NCBI GenBank assembly: GCA_965261545.1
Contig: CBDHDF010000010.1
Span: 480,001-544,000 of the forward strand
From: Bdellovibrionales bacterium
GTDB taxonomy: Bacteria; Bdellovibrionota; Bdellovibrionia; Bdellovibrionales; UBA1609
DNA length: 64,000 bases
Direction of reading: 5' to 3'
Program-made: the position numbers and the translations under genes
The notes under the pieces: model-generated
What the model was told of the DNA's origin: nothing
Database searches by the model: none
What the model saw: only the letters and a program-made list of their open reading frames with translations
Part shown: one piece after another, positions 1 through 10,351 of the stretch
Position numbering within the stretch: position 1 is the first letter of the stretch
Layout: every line of letters starts with the position of its first letter

Positions 1-2
1 CC

Positions 3-815
3 ATGATGAAAATTTCAAGAATCTCTAAGCTCTTTAGAATCTTTTCTTTCTCTCTTGCCTTGATGCTATTTTCTCTTCAAGGTCAAGCCAGCATTGATAA
101 GAGCCCCTCGCTGCATGATACACCCTTCCAAAAAGAGCGAGTCTCCAACGCTCTTCCCTCCAGACTCGATATCACTCGTCGCTCTCTTGGACTTTCTCGG
201 AAACAAAGGGTTCAGTTTCTTAAGAAAATGCCATGGGCAGAAAAGGTCATTATTCAATTGGCTTTTGACGAAAAAATATCTATGGGTGAAAGGTGGAAAG
301 CCATCATTTCTCTAGGCCAACTAAACCCACAACACAGGATCCTTGAAAGAGCTGCCCAGCACAAAAAATGGTTTATGCGCAATGCCAGCATTTTGGCCAT
401 GTCCCGTGGCCCCAGAGAAAGGGCCTTGAGATGGAGTCGCCAACTCTTGGATGATCCAGCCTTAGTGGTGCGAACAGCGGCCGTGAGAGTCATCCAAAAG
501 CTGAAAGGCAAAGAGCTTGAGGGGGTTCTTTGGAGCAAGCTACAAAGCAAAACGAACTTTCGGGGGGGGAAGAGCCTGTGGATTCGCAAAAATATTGTGC
601 AAACTCTTGGAGAGCTTTCAAGCCCCTTATATAACGAGCGTTTTGTTCAACTTCTTAACGAAAAGGATTCTTACATTCATGATTCCGCCATTGCAGCTTT
701 AGAAAGAATAACAAACTCTCGTTTCAAAGGCGAAACAACAGCTCAAAAGCGTCAAGCTTGGCTGAGTTGGTGGAAAGATCAAGCCTCCACACCACCAAAT
801 ATCTTAAGTAAATAG
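3..815 (+). CDS. HEAT-repeat protein with N-terminal signal peptide
   Basis: Hydrophobic N-terminus; HEAT-like motifs (WFMRNASILAM, LLDDPALVVRTAAV). Confidence 0.7.
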   Translation: MMKISRISKLFRIFSFSLALMLFSLQGQASIDKSPSLHDTPFQKERVSNALPSRLDITRRSLGLSRKQRVQFLKKMPWAEKVIIQLAFDEKISMGERWKAIISLGQLNPQHRILERAAQHKKWFMRNASILAMSRGPRERALRWSRQLLDDPALVVRTAAVRVIQKLKGKELEGVLWSKLQSKTNFRGGKSLWIRKNIVQTLGELSSPLYNERFVQLLNEKDSYIHDSAIAALERITNSRFKGETTAQKRQAWLSWWKDQASTPPNILSK

Positions 816-1041
816 TCACCGTTGTCGCTTGCCAAGGGAATTCAATTAAGATATAGGTGACACTCATTCCATATGGCTCTGATGGTTTGGAGGGGTGATG
901 ATAGAGCCTATGTAATGATACCTATGTTTAGATCCTGTTATAGACGAGTGGCCCTGATGGGTGATGAGATATTTAGACTGGTGGGTCCAGTGAGTGACGG
1001 GAGGTCATTATTTACGCATGCGATAAAAGGAGATAACCATT

Positions 1042-1794
1042 ATGAAATTCAATAAGAAATTCTGGCTTCAAGGTTATGGTTCTTATATCCTTGCCATTTC
1101 TATCGCACTCACTATTCGCTGGGCCGTCATGGAAGCTTATGTGATTCCATCAGGAAGTATGCTGCCCTCTCTTTTGATTCATGACCATATTTTTGTAAAT
1201 AAGTTCATCTATGGCTTACGGATTCCTGCTACAAGCCAATGGATTTTCAAATCCGAAGACCCCAAGCGTGGCGAAGTCATTGTCTTTCGCTATCCCGAAG
1301 ATGAAAAGATCTTTTATATTAAACGAGTTGTGGGTGTTCCCGGAGATACGATTCGCTATGAGTCCAATCAGCTTTATGTCAATGACCAACCTGTAGAAAA
1401 AAAAGAACCCACAACTAAAAAATCAGATGTCAACTGGCTTCAAGGTCAAAACCCCACAGACATTGGCATTGTATTGTCAGATCATCGCCACTGGCAGGAG
1501 ACTCTAGGTGAAAACACCTATAGCATTCTGGAATTCAAACACCATAGTTACGAGGAAAGCCTTGGCCCCTACAAGGTCCCCGAGGATAGTTATTTTGTTT
1601 TGGGAGACAACCGAGACAATTCAAGAGATAGCCGGCGGTGGACGAAAACTCACTTTGTCCACAGAGACCAGCTTATTGGCCGCGCCATGTTTGTATGGTT
1701 AAGTTGTGACCAAATGCTCTCTCTCCCCGTACTTTCGGTTTTGTGTAACCCCTCGAAAATTCGGTGGAAGCGTCTTTTTCATAGCATTCACTAA
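1042..1794 (+). CDS. lepB: Signal peptidase I
   Basis: IPSGSMLP (catalytic Ser), YIKRVVGVPGD (catalytic Lys), GDNRDNSRDSR. Confidence 0.95.
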   Translation: MKFNKKFWLQGYGSYILAISIALTIRWAVMEAYVIPSGSMLPSLLIHDHIFVNKFIYGLRIPATSQWIFKSEDPKRGEVIVFRYPEDEKIFYIKRVVGVPGDTIRYESNQLYVNDQPVEKKEPTTKKSDVNWLQGQNPTDIGIVLSDHRHWQETLGENTYSILEFKHHSYEESLGPYKVPEDSYFVLGDNRDNSRDSRRWTKTHFVHRDQLIGRAMFVWLSCDQMLSLPVLSVLCNPSKIRWKRLFHSIH

Positions 1795-1860
1795 AGATAA
1801 ATATTCAGGAGGCAGTAAAGTTGCTTTATGGAAATTTAGTTTAAGGGGTCATGGCGCTTT

Positions 1861-3084
1861 ATGTCAAACGATCAACTGGCTTTAACTCAAACAAAAATTC
1901 ATGAGCAGATCTGTCACCATTTAAGTCAGATTGAGGAGTGGTTTTGGAAGAAAAGCCAAGGGCTGCTTTTTCCGGTGTACTCAAGCTTTGATATTAGAGA
2001 TTCTTCTCAAAAAGTGGTGCCTGTGGATGCAAATATTTTTCCTGCTGGTTTTAACAATATTTGCCATGCAGACCAAGAGCATGCCAGTAAAACCATGGGC
2101 TCCTACTTACAAGAGCATTATGGTTCATTCTCTCGCATCGTTCTCCTTACAGAAGAGCATACTAAAAACGCCTTTTACTGGGAAAATATTTATGTCCTTG
2201 TCAGCCTCTTGGTTGAGGCTGGCTACTCCGTCAAAGTCGCCTTCCCAAGGAGTATGGAAACCATCCGTGTGCAAAGTCTTTCTGGAAAATTCCTCGATAT
2301 TTATGGAGCCGAAAGACGGGGAAATGGAATCACTGTGGGAGGGGATTCCCCAGAACTCATCATTTGTAACAATGATTTTTCAAATCCCCACGAAAATTGG
2401 GTCAAGGACCTAAGTTGTACAATGAACCCCCCTTACCAACTGGGATGGTACCAGCGCAAAAAAAGTTTGTTCTTTGAACATTACAATGCTTTGTCAAAAG
2501 AGTTTGCCCATACCTTAAACCTGAGCCCAAGCCTATTTCAAATAAAGACAGAAGCTTTTTCATATCTCAAAATTTCAGATGAATCCAGTCTTGATTCTCT
2601 CGCCAACAAAGTAGATATTTTTTTAGAAGGTCTAAGGTCTCAAAATTGCAATACAGATCCTTTTGTCTTTATTAAAAACAATTCAGGCACTTACGGCCTA
2701 GGAATTATTCAAGCGCGTTCAGGAGACGATATTCGCAATCTTAACTACAAATCGAAAAAAAAACTGAAAGCTGTTAAAGGAGGAGGAACGATATCAGAAG
2801 TTATTATTCAAGAGGGTGTGCCTTCAGCTATTTTTTCTGAAAACCAAATTGCTGAGCCCACGATCTATACTGTTGGGAATAAACTTGTGGGCGGATTCCT
2901 TAGAACTCACAGTAAAAAAGGACCAAAAGAAAATCTCAATAGTCCTGGTGCTATATATAAAAAGCTTTGTATCACTGATCTTCAAGTTGATGTTATGGGT
3001 TGCCCCATGGAAAATGTTTATGGGTGGGTGGCCAGATTAGGCTCTTTGGCAATTGCCTACGAGATGAAACACTATATCCAATGA
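1861..3084 (+). CDS. gshA: Glutamate--cysteine ligase (ATP-grasp GshA type)
   Basis: PVYSSFDIRDS, PVDANIFPAGFNN, KNNSGTYGLGI, ENLNSPG motifs. Confidence 0.85.
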   Translation: MSNDQLALTQTKIHEQICHHLSQIEEWFWKKSQGLLFPVYSSFDIRDSSQKVVPVDANIFPAGFNNICHADQEHASKTMGSYLQEHYGSFSRIVLLTEEHTKNAFYWENIYVLVSLLVEAGYSVKVAFPRSMETIRVQSLSGKFLDIYGAERRGNGITVGGDSPELIICNNDFSNPHENWVKDLSCTMNPPYQLGWYQRKKSLFFEHYNALSKEFAHTLNLSPSLFQIKTEAFSYLKISDESSLDSLANKVDIFLEGLRSQNCNTDPFVFIKNNSGTYGLGIIQARSGDDIRNLNYKSKKKLKAVKGGGTISEVIIQEGVPSAIFSENQIAEPTIYTVGNKLVGGFLRTHSKKGPKENLNSPGAIYKKLCITDLQVDVMGCPMENVYGWVARLGSLAIAYEMKHYIQ

Positions 3085-3133
3085 TAAGAAAACCTCTATG
3101 GCCTGGCCTATTTCGTCTATATAAAAGGTAACT

Positions 3134-4921
3134 CTACTGCATTGTAAGATTATCAAGTCCCCTTGAGATGCACAAAGAAATATGGTCATTCTGGCGAGCA
3201 AGCTCTAAGAGGTGCTTTTTAAGAGACTCTGCTCTTGAACACTGGGGATCAAATTGATAAAAAATTTCAAGAATCTCAAATCCAGGAAGCCAGTGAATTG
3301 AAAATTTCTCAAAATATTCTTCATAAAGAGTGGTGAAACTCCCATAGATTTTCCTCGCCATGGAGGATTCCGAATCAAAGTGCTTTTTCTCAAAAGCTAG
3401 ACCTTCCACAGAAGCAACACCAAAAGCATGACGACAATCCCGGATTTTCTGATAAAATTGGTGCAAAGCCACTTTATTAGGCATCACTTCCTTGCTAGGC
3501 ACTCTCGCCGCCACAAAGTCATCCAAAAGACCATAGGCTTTTGAATCAGCAGCTCCCCCAAAAACAGATGTCACTTGAGTTCCAACAGCCAAGTCAAAGG
3601 CGCCCCAACTTGCCTCAAATAAACACCTGTCTTTGTATGTTATGTCACAGTGAGAGAAACTCACCAACACCAATTTCCCTTTTTTAAATTCCAACTGAGA
3701 CACTGTTCCCTTTAAAGTAATACCAGAATCAAATTTTAGATGGGTTCCTTGGCCACAAATCAAATGGTGTTTATTTAAATCTGCCTCAGTTAAAGTATGA
3801 AGTTCTCGCCCCTCAACGGTACCCAGGGGGGTGCTATAGCCGTGCTGATGATATTCCTTATCATGCCCCTCCCACTGACAGTGCTCAAAACATATTTGGG
3901 TGGGCCCCATGAATTTAATAAAAATAGGATCCCCCTTGGAAGAACAAATAACCTCACTGAGAACACCTGATAGTTGAAGTCCGGTTTCTAGCTCCACAGT
4001 ATTAACAGTTTTTGACTTCTGAGCCACCTTCAAACCATAGGCCCCAGCTTTTTTAAAAGCCATGGTTTCTGCCAATTCATGCAAAATCTTCGATAAATAA
4101 TTAAAATCAGGAGTCACAAAAAGCTGTGGCTGTGGCTCTGTAATATTATAGCTATAACTGATACAATCCAAGGACAAGGGAATTTTTTTTACTTTATCAC
4201 TCAAACAGTTTTGAGCTTCCCCAATGGATGACAGAAGGCCCGCTCCAAATATTTTAGGCGCATGAAGAGGCCCCACCAGTCCATACTCTGCTGTCCACCA
4301 ATTCATGCGCCCCAAGAGAGCCGCCTCAGAAACATAACTCACTTGATGACTTACCTTTTCCAAACAAAACTCAGCCTCTTTGATCTCTTTGGGGGTGGAG
4401 TTTGTATGCTCCTTAATATCACTCAACTCTCTAATCGCCCTGTAAACATCCATGTCTTCGCTGCTAATAATAGCCTTCTTCGCTACTTGGGCATACTCTC
4501 TTAAATAATTGGAAAATGAGGAATCAATTAAGGTGGGAGCATGTCCTGCCGCCTCGTGGACAATATCCGGAGCCGGAGTGTAGAGAAGGTGCTCCACAGA
4601 CCTCATATCAGAAGCAATAGGAAGATAGCCAAGAGATTGAAATTCCATAAATGCCGATGGAGGTATAAAGCCACTCACTGGAATAGCCCCCCAACCAAAC
4701 TCTTGAAGCCTTTCATTGATAACTTCAATACATGGTATATTTTCTACATCAATACCCACCTTCTCCAAACCTCTCAAATAACATTCATGGGCATGTATCG
4801 ATAAGAAAGATTTAAGTTGAGTCATAGTATAGCGCCACACAGCCTGATCTTCAGATGTATACTCCTGCTGTGATTGGTCAACGACGTACTTCTTAAGATG
4901 ATGGGGAATGGATTTTTGCAT
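3134..4921 (-). CDS. phhA: Aromatic amino-acid hydroxylase (long phenylalanine 4-monooxygenase type)
   Basis: YTPAPDIVHEAAGH iron-binding motif, WWTAEYGL, GAGLLSS. Confidence 0.85.
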   Translation of the reverse strand: MQKSIPHHLKKYVVDQSQQEYTSEDQAVWRYTMTQLKSFLSIHAHECYLRGLEKVGIDVENIPCIEVINERLQEFGWGAIPVSGFIPPSAFMEFQSLGYLPIASDMRSVEHLLYTPAPDIVHEAAGHAPTLIDSSFSNYLREYAQVAKKAIISSEDMDVYRAIRELSDIKEHTNSTPKEIKEAEFCLEKVSHQVSYVSEAALLGRMNWWTAEYGLVGPLHAPKIFGAGLLSSIGEAQNCLSDKVKKIPLSLDCISYSYNITEPQPQLFVTPDFNYLSKILHELAETMAFKKAGAYGLKVAQKSKTVNTVELETGLQLSGVLSEVICSSKGDPIFIKFMGPTQICFEHCQWEGHDKEYHQHGYSTPLGTVEGRELHTLTEADLNKHHLICGQGTHLKFDSGITLKGTVSQLEFKKGKLVLVSFSHCDITYKDRCLFEASWGAFDLAVGTQVTSVFGGAADSKAYGLLDDFVAARVPSKEVMPNKVALHQFYQKIRDCRHAFGVASVEGLAFEKKHFDSESSMARKIYGSFTTLYEEYFEKFSIHWLPGFEILEIFYQFDPQCSRAESLKKHLLELARQNDHISLCISRGLDNLTMQ

Positions 4922-4978
4922 AGAATTTTTCCAATTTTAGGCTCTCTCTCAGTAGCCAACAACTACCAAAAAGCTCCA

Positions 4979-5569
4979 TTAGAGTTCCGACTGATCTTCC
5001 TTAGGCTTTTTAATAACAGCAAAATTTATTTCATGAATGCCAGCCTTGGTAGCGGTGTACATGATCTTTTTCACAGTTAAAAAATCCACACCTCTATCAG
5101 CTTGAAGAGTCACTTTTCTAAATCGATCCACCCCAGGTGCCTCCTCATTTGAATCATCCTCACCCTGCATAGCATTTCGAATTTTATGGCGTAAAGATGA
5201 TTTTTCTGCCTCACCATTTTCAATAATTTTTTCAATACCCTCTTTTAATCTCACAATAACCCAGTCAGCCTGCTCCTTAACAACTGTAAAGTCAGCAATA
5301 AACACGTTATTGAGCCTAAGATCACTCTCGGAAAGCGAAATAATATTTGATGGCTTAAGCTCTTTGGTCTCTCTTGCCTCAGGCAACTTAACTCCCTCAG
5401 GAATATGAATAACTTCACCTGTTGCTGCATAGTTTTGAATCAAAAAAACAGCAAGAACTGTAAATAAATCCACCATGGCCGTCAAGGAAAGAACAGCCAC
5501 CACATTTCTCTTGGAACTTCTTTTTCGTTTTCCACGAGCATCTCTAGCCCCAGGAATATGAATTGGCAT
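4979..5569 (-). CDS. ExbD/TolR family protein, AglS-like motor subunit
   Basis: LTAMVDLFTVLAVFL transmembrane motif with conserved Asp; LQADRG; operon context. Confidence 0.85.
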   Translation of the reverse strand: MPIHIPGARDARGKRKRSSKRNVVAVLSLTAMVDLFTVLAVFLIQNYAATGEVIHIPEGVKLPEARETKELKPSNIISLSESDLRLNNVFIADFTVVKEQADWVIVRLKEGIEKIIENGEAEKSSLRHKIRNAMQGEDDSNEEAPGVDRFRKVTLQADRGVDFLTVKKIMYTATKAGIHEINFAVIKKPKEDQSEL

Positions 5570-6075
5570 TAACGAGCCCCTCCTGTTGCAATAGATATCT
5601 CAGGGAATCCAGCATGCAAGATCTCATCCATGGCACCCACTAAATGGCCATAAGCCAATTCATCAGACATGGTAATCACAGCATCTTCTTTATCTTCATA
5701 CTCTCTTTTGATTCGAAATAATTCTTCACGCAATCGAAGTTGGTCATATTCTTCGCCATTTTTTGGAATAAAAATAGATTCTTTTCCAAAAGCAACATTG
5801 TAACCTAAAGGTTTTATATCAATACGAAAAGGAATCTCAGCCCTAGGTGGAGGCTGAGCAGATACATCCTTGTTTTTCTGCCCGTAAATGGAACTACCAA
5901 TTTGAATCATAGACACTTGGGTCCACACTGCCGAAACAAGTAGAAAAATAATAAGAACACTCATTAAATCAATGAAGGGAACAATATTTACATCCACACT
6001 GACAGAACGACCGGCACCGCTCTCTTCTATTTGTGCCATAACCCCACACCAACCTTTATTCGTAACTGCTCGCAA
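5569..6075 (-). CDS. ExbD/TolR family protein, AglQ-like (true start probably at MAQIEES)
   Basis: VNIVPFIDLMSVLIIFLL motif. Confidence 0.85.
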   Translation of the reverse strand: MRAVTNKGWCGVMAQIEESGAGRSVSVDVNIVPFIDLMSVLIIFLLVSAVWTQVSMIQIGSSIYGQKNKDVSAQPPPRAEIPFRIDIKPLGYNVAFGKESIFIPKNGEEYDQLRLREELFRIKREYEDKEDAVITMSDELAYGHLVGAMDEILHAGFPEISIATGGAR

Positions 6076-6249
6076 CCTTTTAGTTTCAGGAAACCTGTGG
6101 GCTCAAAGTCCGACATTTCTCCTCTTGTCAGAGAGGCAAGGATGAGCATTTATCCTTACTCTATCTTCATCTACTCTACTCCACTCTATTACTTACTATC
6201 TTTATCACTATTGCATTGCTACCTCTACCGCTAGTGTGTATTGTATACA

Positions 6250-6933
6250 TCACTTCATTTTATCACGATTGGCAACCACCATATTCATCATGGTCATACT
6301 GCTTTCTAACATGTCGTTAATAGCCTGACCAATACGAATCTGAAAAAAACCATAGGCGATAATAGCTGTCACCGCAACCGTAAGTCCAAAAGCTGTACAG
6401 TTAAGAGCGTGAGCAATACCTTTAGATAAAATCAGAGCCTTTGTTGCAGCATCTGCCTCACTAATACCATCAAAGGCAATAATAAGACCAATAATTGTAC
6501 CAATAAGACCAATAAGAACTGCCACGTTACCAAAAACCGCAAGAAAAGACGTCCATCCCTCTAAACGAGGAGTTTCCCTTAATACAGATGCATCCATAGC
6601 CACCTGAACCTCTTCGTCGGACCTCTTATTAAAAACCTGAACCAAACCTGCCTTCAATGTATTTGTAAGAGGCGCTGGCTTGCTATCACAAAAAGCAATG
6701 GCCTGCTTTAAATCGCCACGAAGGATCATGCTAAACAAATTTTTATTAATACTGGACTTGTCAATCGTCAAGCGATGTAAAGTTATCAGCCTTTCTATAA
6801 TTAAAAATAGTGTGACAAGTCCAATCATCAAGATAAAGTACATGGCATTGCCACCCTCACAGAAAGCATTTGCAATAAAACTTGCATCTGCAGGGCAAAC
6901 TTTAAGTGCTGTTAGTTGATCTACTTCCTCCAC
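6250..6933 (-). CDS. MotA/TolQ/ExbB proton channel, AglR-like
   Basis: LIGLIGTIIGLIIAF and IAHALNCTAFGL motifs. Confidence 0.9.
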   Translation of the reverse strand: MEEVDQLTALKVCPADASFIANAFCEGGNAMYFILMIGLVTLFLIIERLITLHRLTIDKSSINKNLFSMILRGDLKQAIAFCDSKPAPLTNTLKAGLVQVFNKRSDEEVQVAMDASVLRETPRLEGWTSFLAVFGNVAVLIGLIGTIIGLIIAFDGISEADAATKALILSKGIAHALNCTAFGLTVAVTAIIAYGFFQIRIGQAINDMLESSMTMMNMVVANRDKMK

Positions 6934-7023
6934 CGCTAACCTCCGTGTTAAGCTTCATAACGACTTAGAAGCTGATAAAAATTTTCTTACTACATTAGTA
7001 TTGCACATTAGTATTTCTCATTA

Positions 7024-10014
7024 TTATTGTGATGTAAAAACAAATGGATAAGTCACCTCGCCCTCAGTATTGGAGGGAGGCTCTGGGAACTTCCATGTTT
7101 TCAGCCTTCTTATTATACAGTTTGCCACAGCTTTGCCTTCTAAGCTACTACTAACAACACTGGCTTTAGTAACACGCCCACCTTCAATAATGTTCCAACG
7201 CAAAACAAGTTTTCCATAAAGGTCTTTATTTTTGTTAAGTTCCCGGTCGTAGCAATTTTTAATAGCCCTTTTATTTCTCTCAATAACTCGACGAATGGCT
7301 GCACGATCTAAGGACCCTACAAACTCAGCTCCCTGACCACCGGTACTGATAACCACGGCTCCTTTTTTACCTAAACTTCCCAAACCCTCCTCACCATAGT
7401 TCCCGGTGCCTTTACCCTGTGTTCCAACTCCACTTATACCCACAGTGGATTTTCCACGACCTCTTCCCCCTGTATCTTTAATTCGTGTACCAATATTCTC
7501 ACCCTTACGATCCGACAACTGTCCCGAAGCACCTGTCGCAGTATCTGCAATACCGGCAAGTTCTCCAGAGCCATCATAGGCTTTATTAAGAGCTTGCTGA
7601 GTTCCCTTGCTGCCAAAAACACCCAAAAGTCCTGTTTTAGAAGGATCTACCTTTTTGCTTTTGAGACTACTACCCTTTTTGCCTGTTTTGCGCGCACCTC
7701 CATGCCTCGTCGATGTCAGCCTTTTTCTTTTATTATTTTTAGACTTTTTGCGAGATTTGACAGCAGCAGCTTTTCCCGGCTTTTTACGCACCGTAGGTTT
7801 TGGGGATTGCGCAACAACAGGCTTTGGAGGAGTCACCTTTTTCTTAGGAGCCTGAGGTGTGGGAGCTTTCTTTGGAGCCTCCGTCTTTTTTTGTTTATTG
7901 ATAGCAACAACCTTCTTTTGTGCGGATTTGACAACCTTCTTCTTTACCTTTGGTGGCATGAACTTCACAACCGCTTTTCTAACCTGTTCCTCCATTTTAT
8001 CTTCTTGATCAATAACAGAGGGGGAATAAATCATCATATAAAGACCCATCGTCATGGCAACAACTATGGCTAAAATAACACCTGTGACTTCTGAAGCTGT
8101 TAAGTTTAAAATAGGTGCGACTAAAGGCTTGGCTGTTTCAGGTACATAGCGAATATAAATAGAAACCAAATCTCCCTGTAGCCCCACACGCAACATACAC
8201 CCCTGGGGAATTTGTAATTTGTAGCCCTTAGATGCTTGTTCAAACTGTCCCTTGCGCATGAGTTCAGAAAATGACACCTTACTCAAGTCATCTTTGACAT
8301 AGTCACCAGACATACTTTGCTCTATGTACGCCGTGGCAAGTGTGTCTATTTTTAATAGTTGGTGGCTATCTTTATTGGTACCCAGTAAAGGAACAACCAC
8401 ATCGCATTTTGTGTTTGTACCCACCGTCACAAGGCCCTTTTGATCAAAGTGATGGCTCGATATCACCCTCTCACCCCAAGCCACAAGAACCTCAACAACC
8501 GTCCCTCTGTCGGGATGAATGTTGGGCTCCTTCAAAATACTACCCCGCCCTAGAGTCATTGAGTTCGACAAGCCCAAGGATTCTGTGGCATTGGATTCTG
8601 TCGATAAAGAAAAGGACGAGGAGGACGAGGAGGACGAAGCTTGAAAACTCTTTTCCAATGACCCTGATTTACTTTCGACTGAGCTTGGCTTACTTTTCAG
8701 TGGACCTGACTTAATTTCCAATGAACTTGGCTTAGGTTGCAACACTGTTTTTTCAAAGGTTTTATCAAATAACCCAACTTTAGAAGCCGATGTGGTCACC
8801 GTCGACCCTGCCACCTTAAAAGAAGAAGTGGAAGAAGGGGCTTGCTCATTGGGGGACGTCGTCACAGGTGCTGCAGGAGTCACTGGAACCGCAGGAGTCA
8901 CTGGGACCGCAGGAGTCACTGGAACCGCAGAAGGTACTGGGACCGCAGGAGTCACTGGAACCGCAGAAGGTACTGGGACCGCAGGAGCCACTGGAACCGC
9001 AGAAGGTACTGGGACCGCAGGTGCCGGGGGAGCCGCAGAAGGTACTGGAACCGCAGGAGCCACTGGAACCGCAGAAGGTACTGGAACCGCAGGTGCCGGG
9101 GGAGCCGCAGAAGGTACTGGAACCGCAGGAGTCACTGGAACCGCAGAAGGTACTGGAACCGCAGGTGCCGGGGGAGCCGCAGAAGGTACTGGAACCGCAG
9201 GAGTCACTGGAACCGCAGAAGGTACTGGAACCGCAGGTGCCGGGGGAGCCGCAGAAGGTACTGGAACCGCAGGAGTTACTGGGACCGCAGGAGTCACTGG
9301 AGTCGCAGAAGGTACTGGAACCGCAGGAGCCACTGGGACCGCAGAAGGTACTGGAACCGCAGGAGTCACTGGGACCACCGCAGGAGTCACTGGAACCGCA
9401 GGAGTCACTGGGACCGCAGGAGTTACTGGAGCCGCAGGAGTCACTGGGACCGCAGGAGTTACTGGAGCCGCAGGAGCCACTGGGACCGCAGAAGGTACTG
9501 GAGCCGCAGGAGCCACTGGGACCGCAGAAGGTACTGGAGCCGCAGGAGCCACTGGGACCGCAGAAGGTACTGGAGCCGCAGGAGCCACTGGGACCGCAGA
9601 AGGTACTGGAGCCGCAGGAGCCACTGGGACCGCAGAAGGTACTGGAGCCGCAAGAACTGGGGAGGCTGCGGAGGGCTCTGAAGACAAAGGAGGCGTGGAT
9701 GCCACGCCTCCCCTAGGCGCTCCCACAAAAAAATGAATTCTATACGATCCTACTTGAAATTCTGTTCCAGATTCAATCTTTTGCTCAACAACTCGAAGTC
9801 CTCCCACAAAAGTACCAAGCTCCGAACCCAGGTCAGAAATATAATAACCCGCATCTCTCTCTTCAATCAAAACATGAAATGGAGACACACTCTGGTCATT
9901 CAACGACAACTCAAGGCCCTCACCATGACCAATAACAATAGAGGGGCCATCAAATTGCTTAATACCCTCCAGCTTATCATGATGAAAAATACGCAAGAAA
10001 ATGGGTAATTTCAC
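7024..10014 (-). CDS. GltG/AgmX-like gliding protein: FHA domain, Pro/Ala/Val repeat linker, transmembrane helix, TonB-C-like C-terminus
   Basis: FHA motifs (SVSPFH, SDLGSELGTF); C-terminus IKNCYDREL...WKFPEPP...VTYPFVF. Confidence 0.85.
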   Translation of the reverse strand: MKLPIFLRIFHHDKLEGIKQFDGPSIVIGHGEGLELSLNDQSVSPFHVLIEERDAGYYISDLGSELGTFVGGLRVVEQKIESGTEFQVGSYRIHFFVGAPRGGVASTPPLSSEPSAASPVLAAPVPSAVPVAPAAPVPSAVPVAPAAPVPSAVPVAPAAPVPSAVPVAPAAPVPSAVPVAPAAPVTPAVPVTPAAPVTPAVPVTPAVPVTPAVVPVTPAVPVPSAVPVAPAVPVPSATPVTPAVPVTPAVPVPSAAPPAPAVPVPSAVPVTPAVPVPSAAPPAPAVPVPSAVPVTPAVPVPSAAPPAPAVPVPSAVPVAPAVPVPSAAPPAPAVPVPSAVPVAPAVPVPSAVPVTPAVPVPSAVPVTPAVPVTPAVPVTPAAPVTTSPNEQAPSSTSSFKVAGSTVTTSASKVGLFDKTFEKTVLQPKPSSLEIKSGPLKSKPSSVESKSGSLEKSFQASSSSSSSSFSLSTESNATESLGLSNSMTLGRGSILKEPNIHPDRGTVVEVLVAWGERVISSHHFDQKGLVTVGTNTKCDVVVPLLGTNKDSHQLLKIDTLATAYIEQSMSGDYVKDDLSKVSFSELMRKGQFEQASKGYKLQIPQGCMLRVGLQGDLVSIYIRYVPETAKPLVAPILNLTASEVTGVILAIVVAMTMGLYMMIYSPSVIDQEDKMEEQVRKAVVKFMPPKVKKKVVKSAQKKVVAINKQKKTEAPKKAPTPQAPKKKVTPPKPVVAQSPKPTVRKKPGKAAAVKSRKKSKNNKRKRLTSTRHGGARKTGKKGSSLKSKKVDPSKTGLLGVFGSKGTQQALNKAYDGSGELAGIADTATGASGQLSDRKGENIGTRIKDTGGRGRGKSTVGISGVGTQGKGTGNYGEEGLGSLGKKGAVVISTGGQGAEFVGSLDRAAIRRVIERNKRAIKNCYDRELNKNKDLYGKLVLRWNIIEGGRVTKASVVSSSLEGKAVANCIIRRLKTWKFPEPPSNTEGEVTYPFVFTSQ
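8870..9652. repeat. Intragenic tandem array of 18-bp units with 36-bp higher-order pairs
   Basis: Repeated gcaggagtcactggaacc / gcagaaggtactggaacc units. Confidence 0.95.
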
Positions 10015-10042
10015 TCTTAGTTCCTTACTTGTTTAGCAAGTC

Positions 10043-10351
10043 TTATTTTTTTTGAATTTCTTCTCCAGAGCGTCTCATTTCAGGAAGAAAATTCTTTCTC
10101 AATTTAATGAGCTTCTTGTAGTTCACTTGTTTTCTCTTCAGAAAATACAGCAACTCAGATCCTTTAACGTCACCGTGAATCAGTTCATCCTCAAAATTAA
10201 CAGATGCTTTACGCTTTTTCTTTTTTTTTGCTTCAGCATACTCAAGACCTAGGACTAAACATAGATTCATTATTATAAGAACAATGAGATAAAACCGACT
10301 ATTTTTACTAATAGAGTTAGATTTTCTGTTTTTATTTAAGACTTTATTCAC
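10043..10351 (-). CDS. Small GltF/CglF-like gliding protein
   Basis: Signal-like segment, VNFEDELIHG and LIKLRKNFLPEM motifs; position upstream of gltG-like gene. Confidence 0.65.
   Translation of the reverse strand: MNKVLNKNRKSNSISKNSRFYLIVLIIMNLCLVLGLEYAEAKKKKKRKASVNFEDELIHGDVKGSELLYFLKRKQVNYKKLIKLRKNFLPEMRRSGEEIQKK

Noticed and set aside
8792..9736. Three long plus-strand ORFs (Gly/Thr-, Arg/Trp- and Glu/Pro/Gln-rich)
   Set aside because: Shadow frames of the stop-free tandem repeat in the minus-strand GltG-like gene
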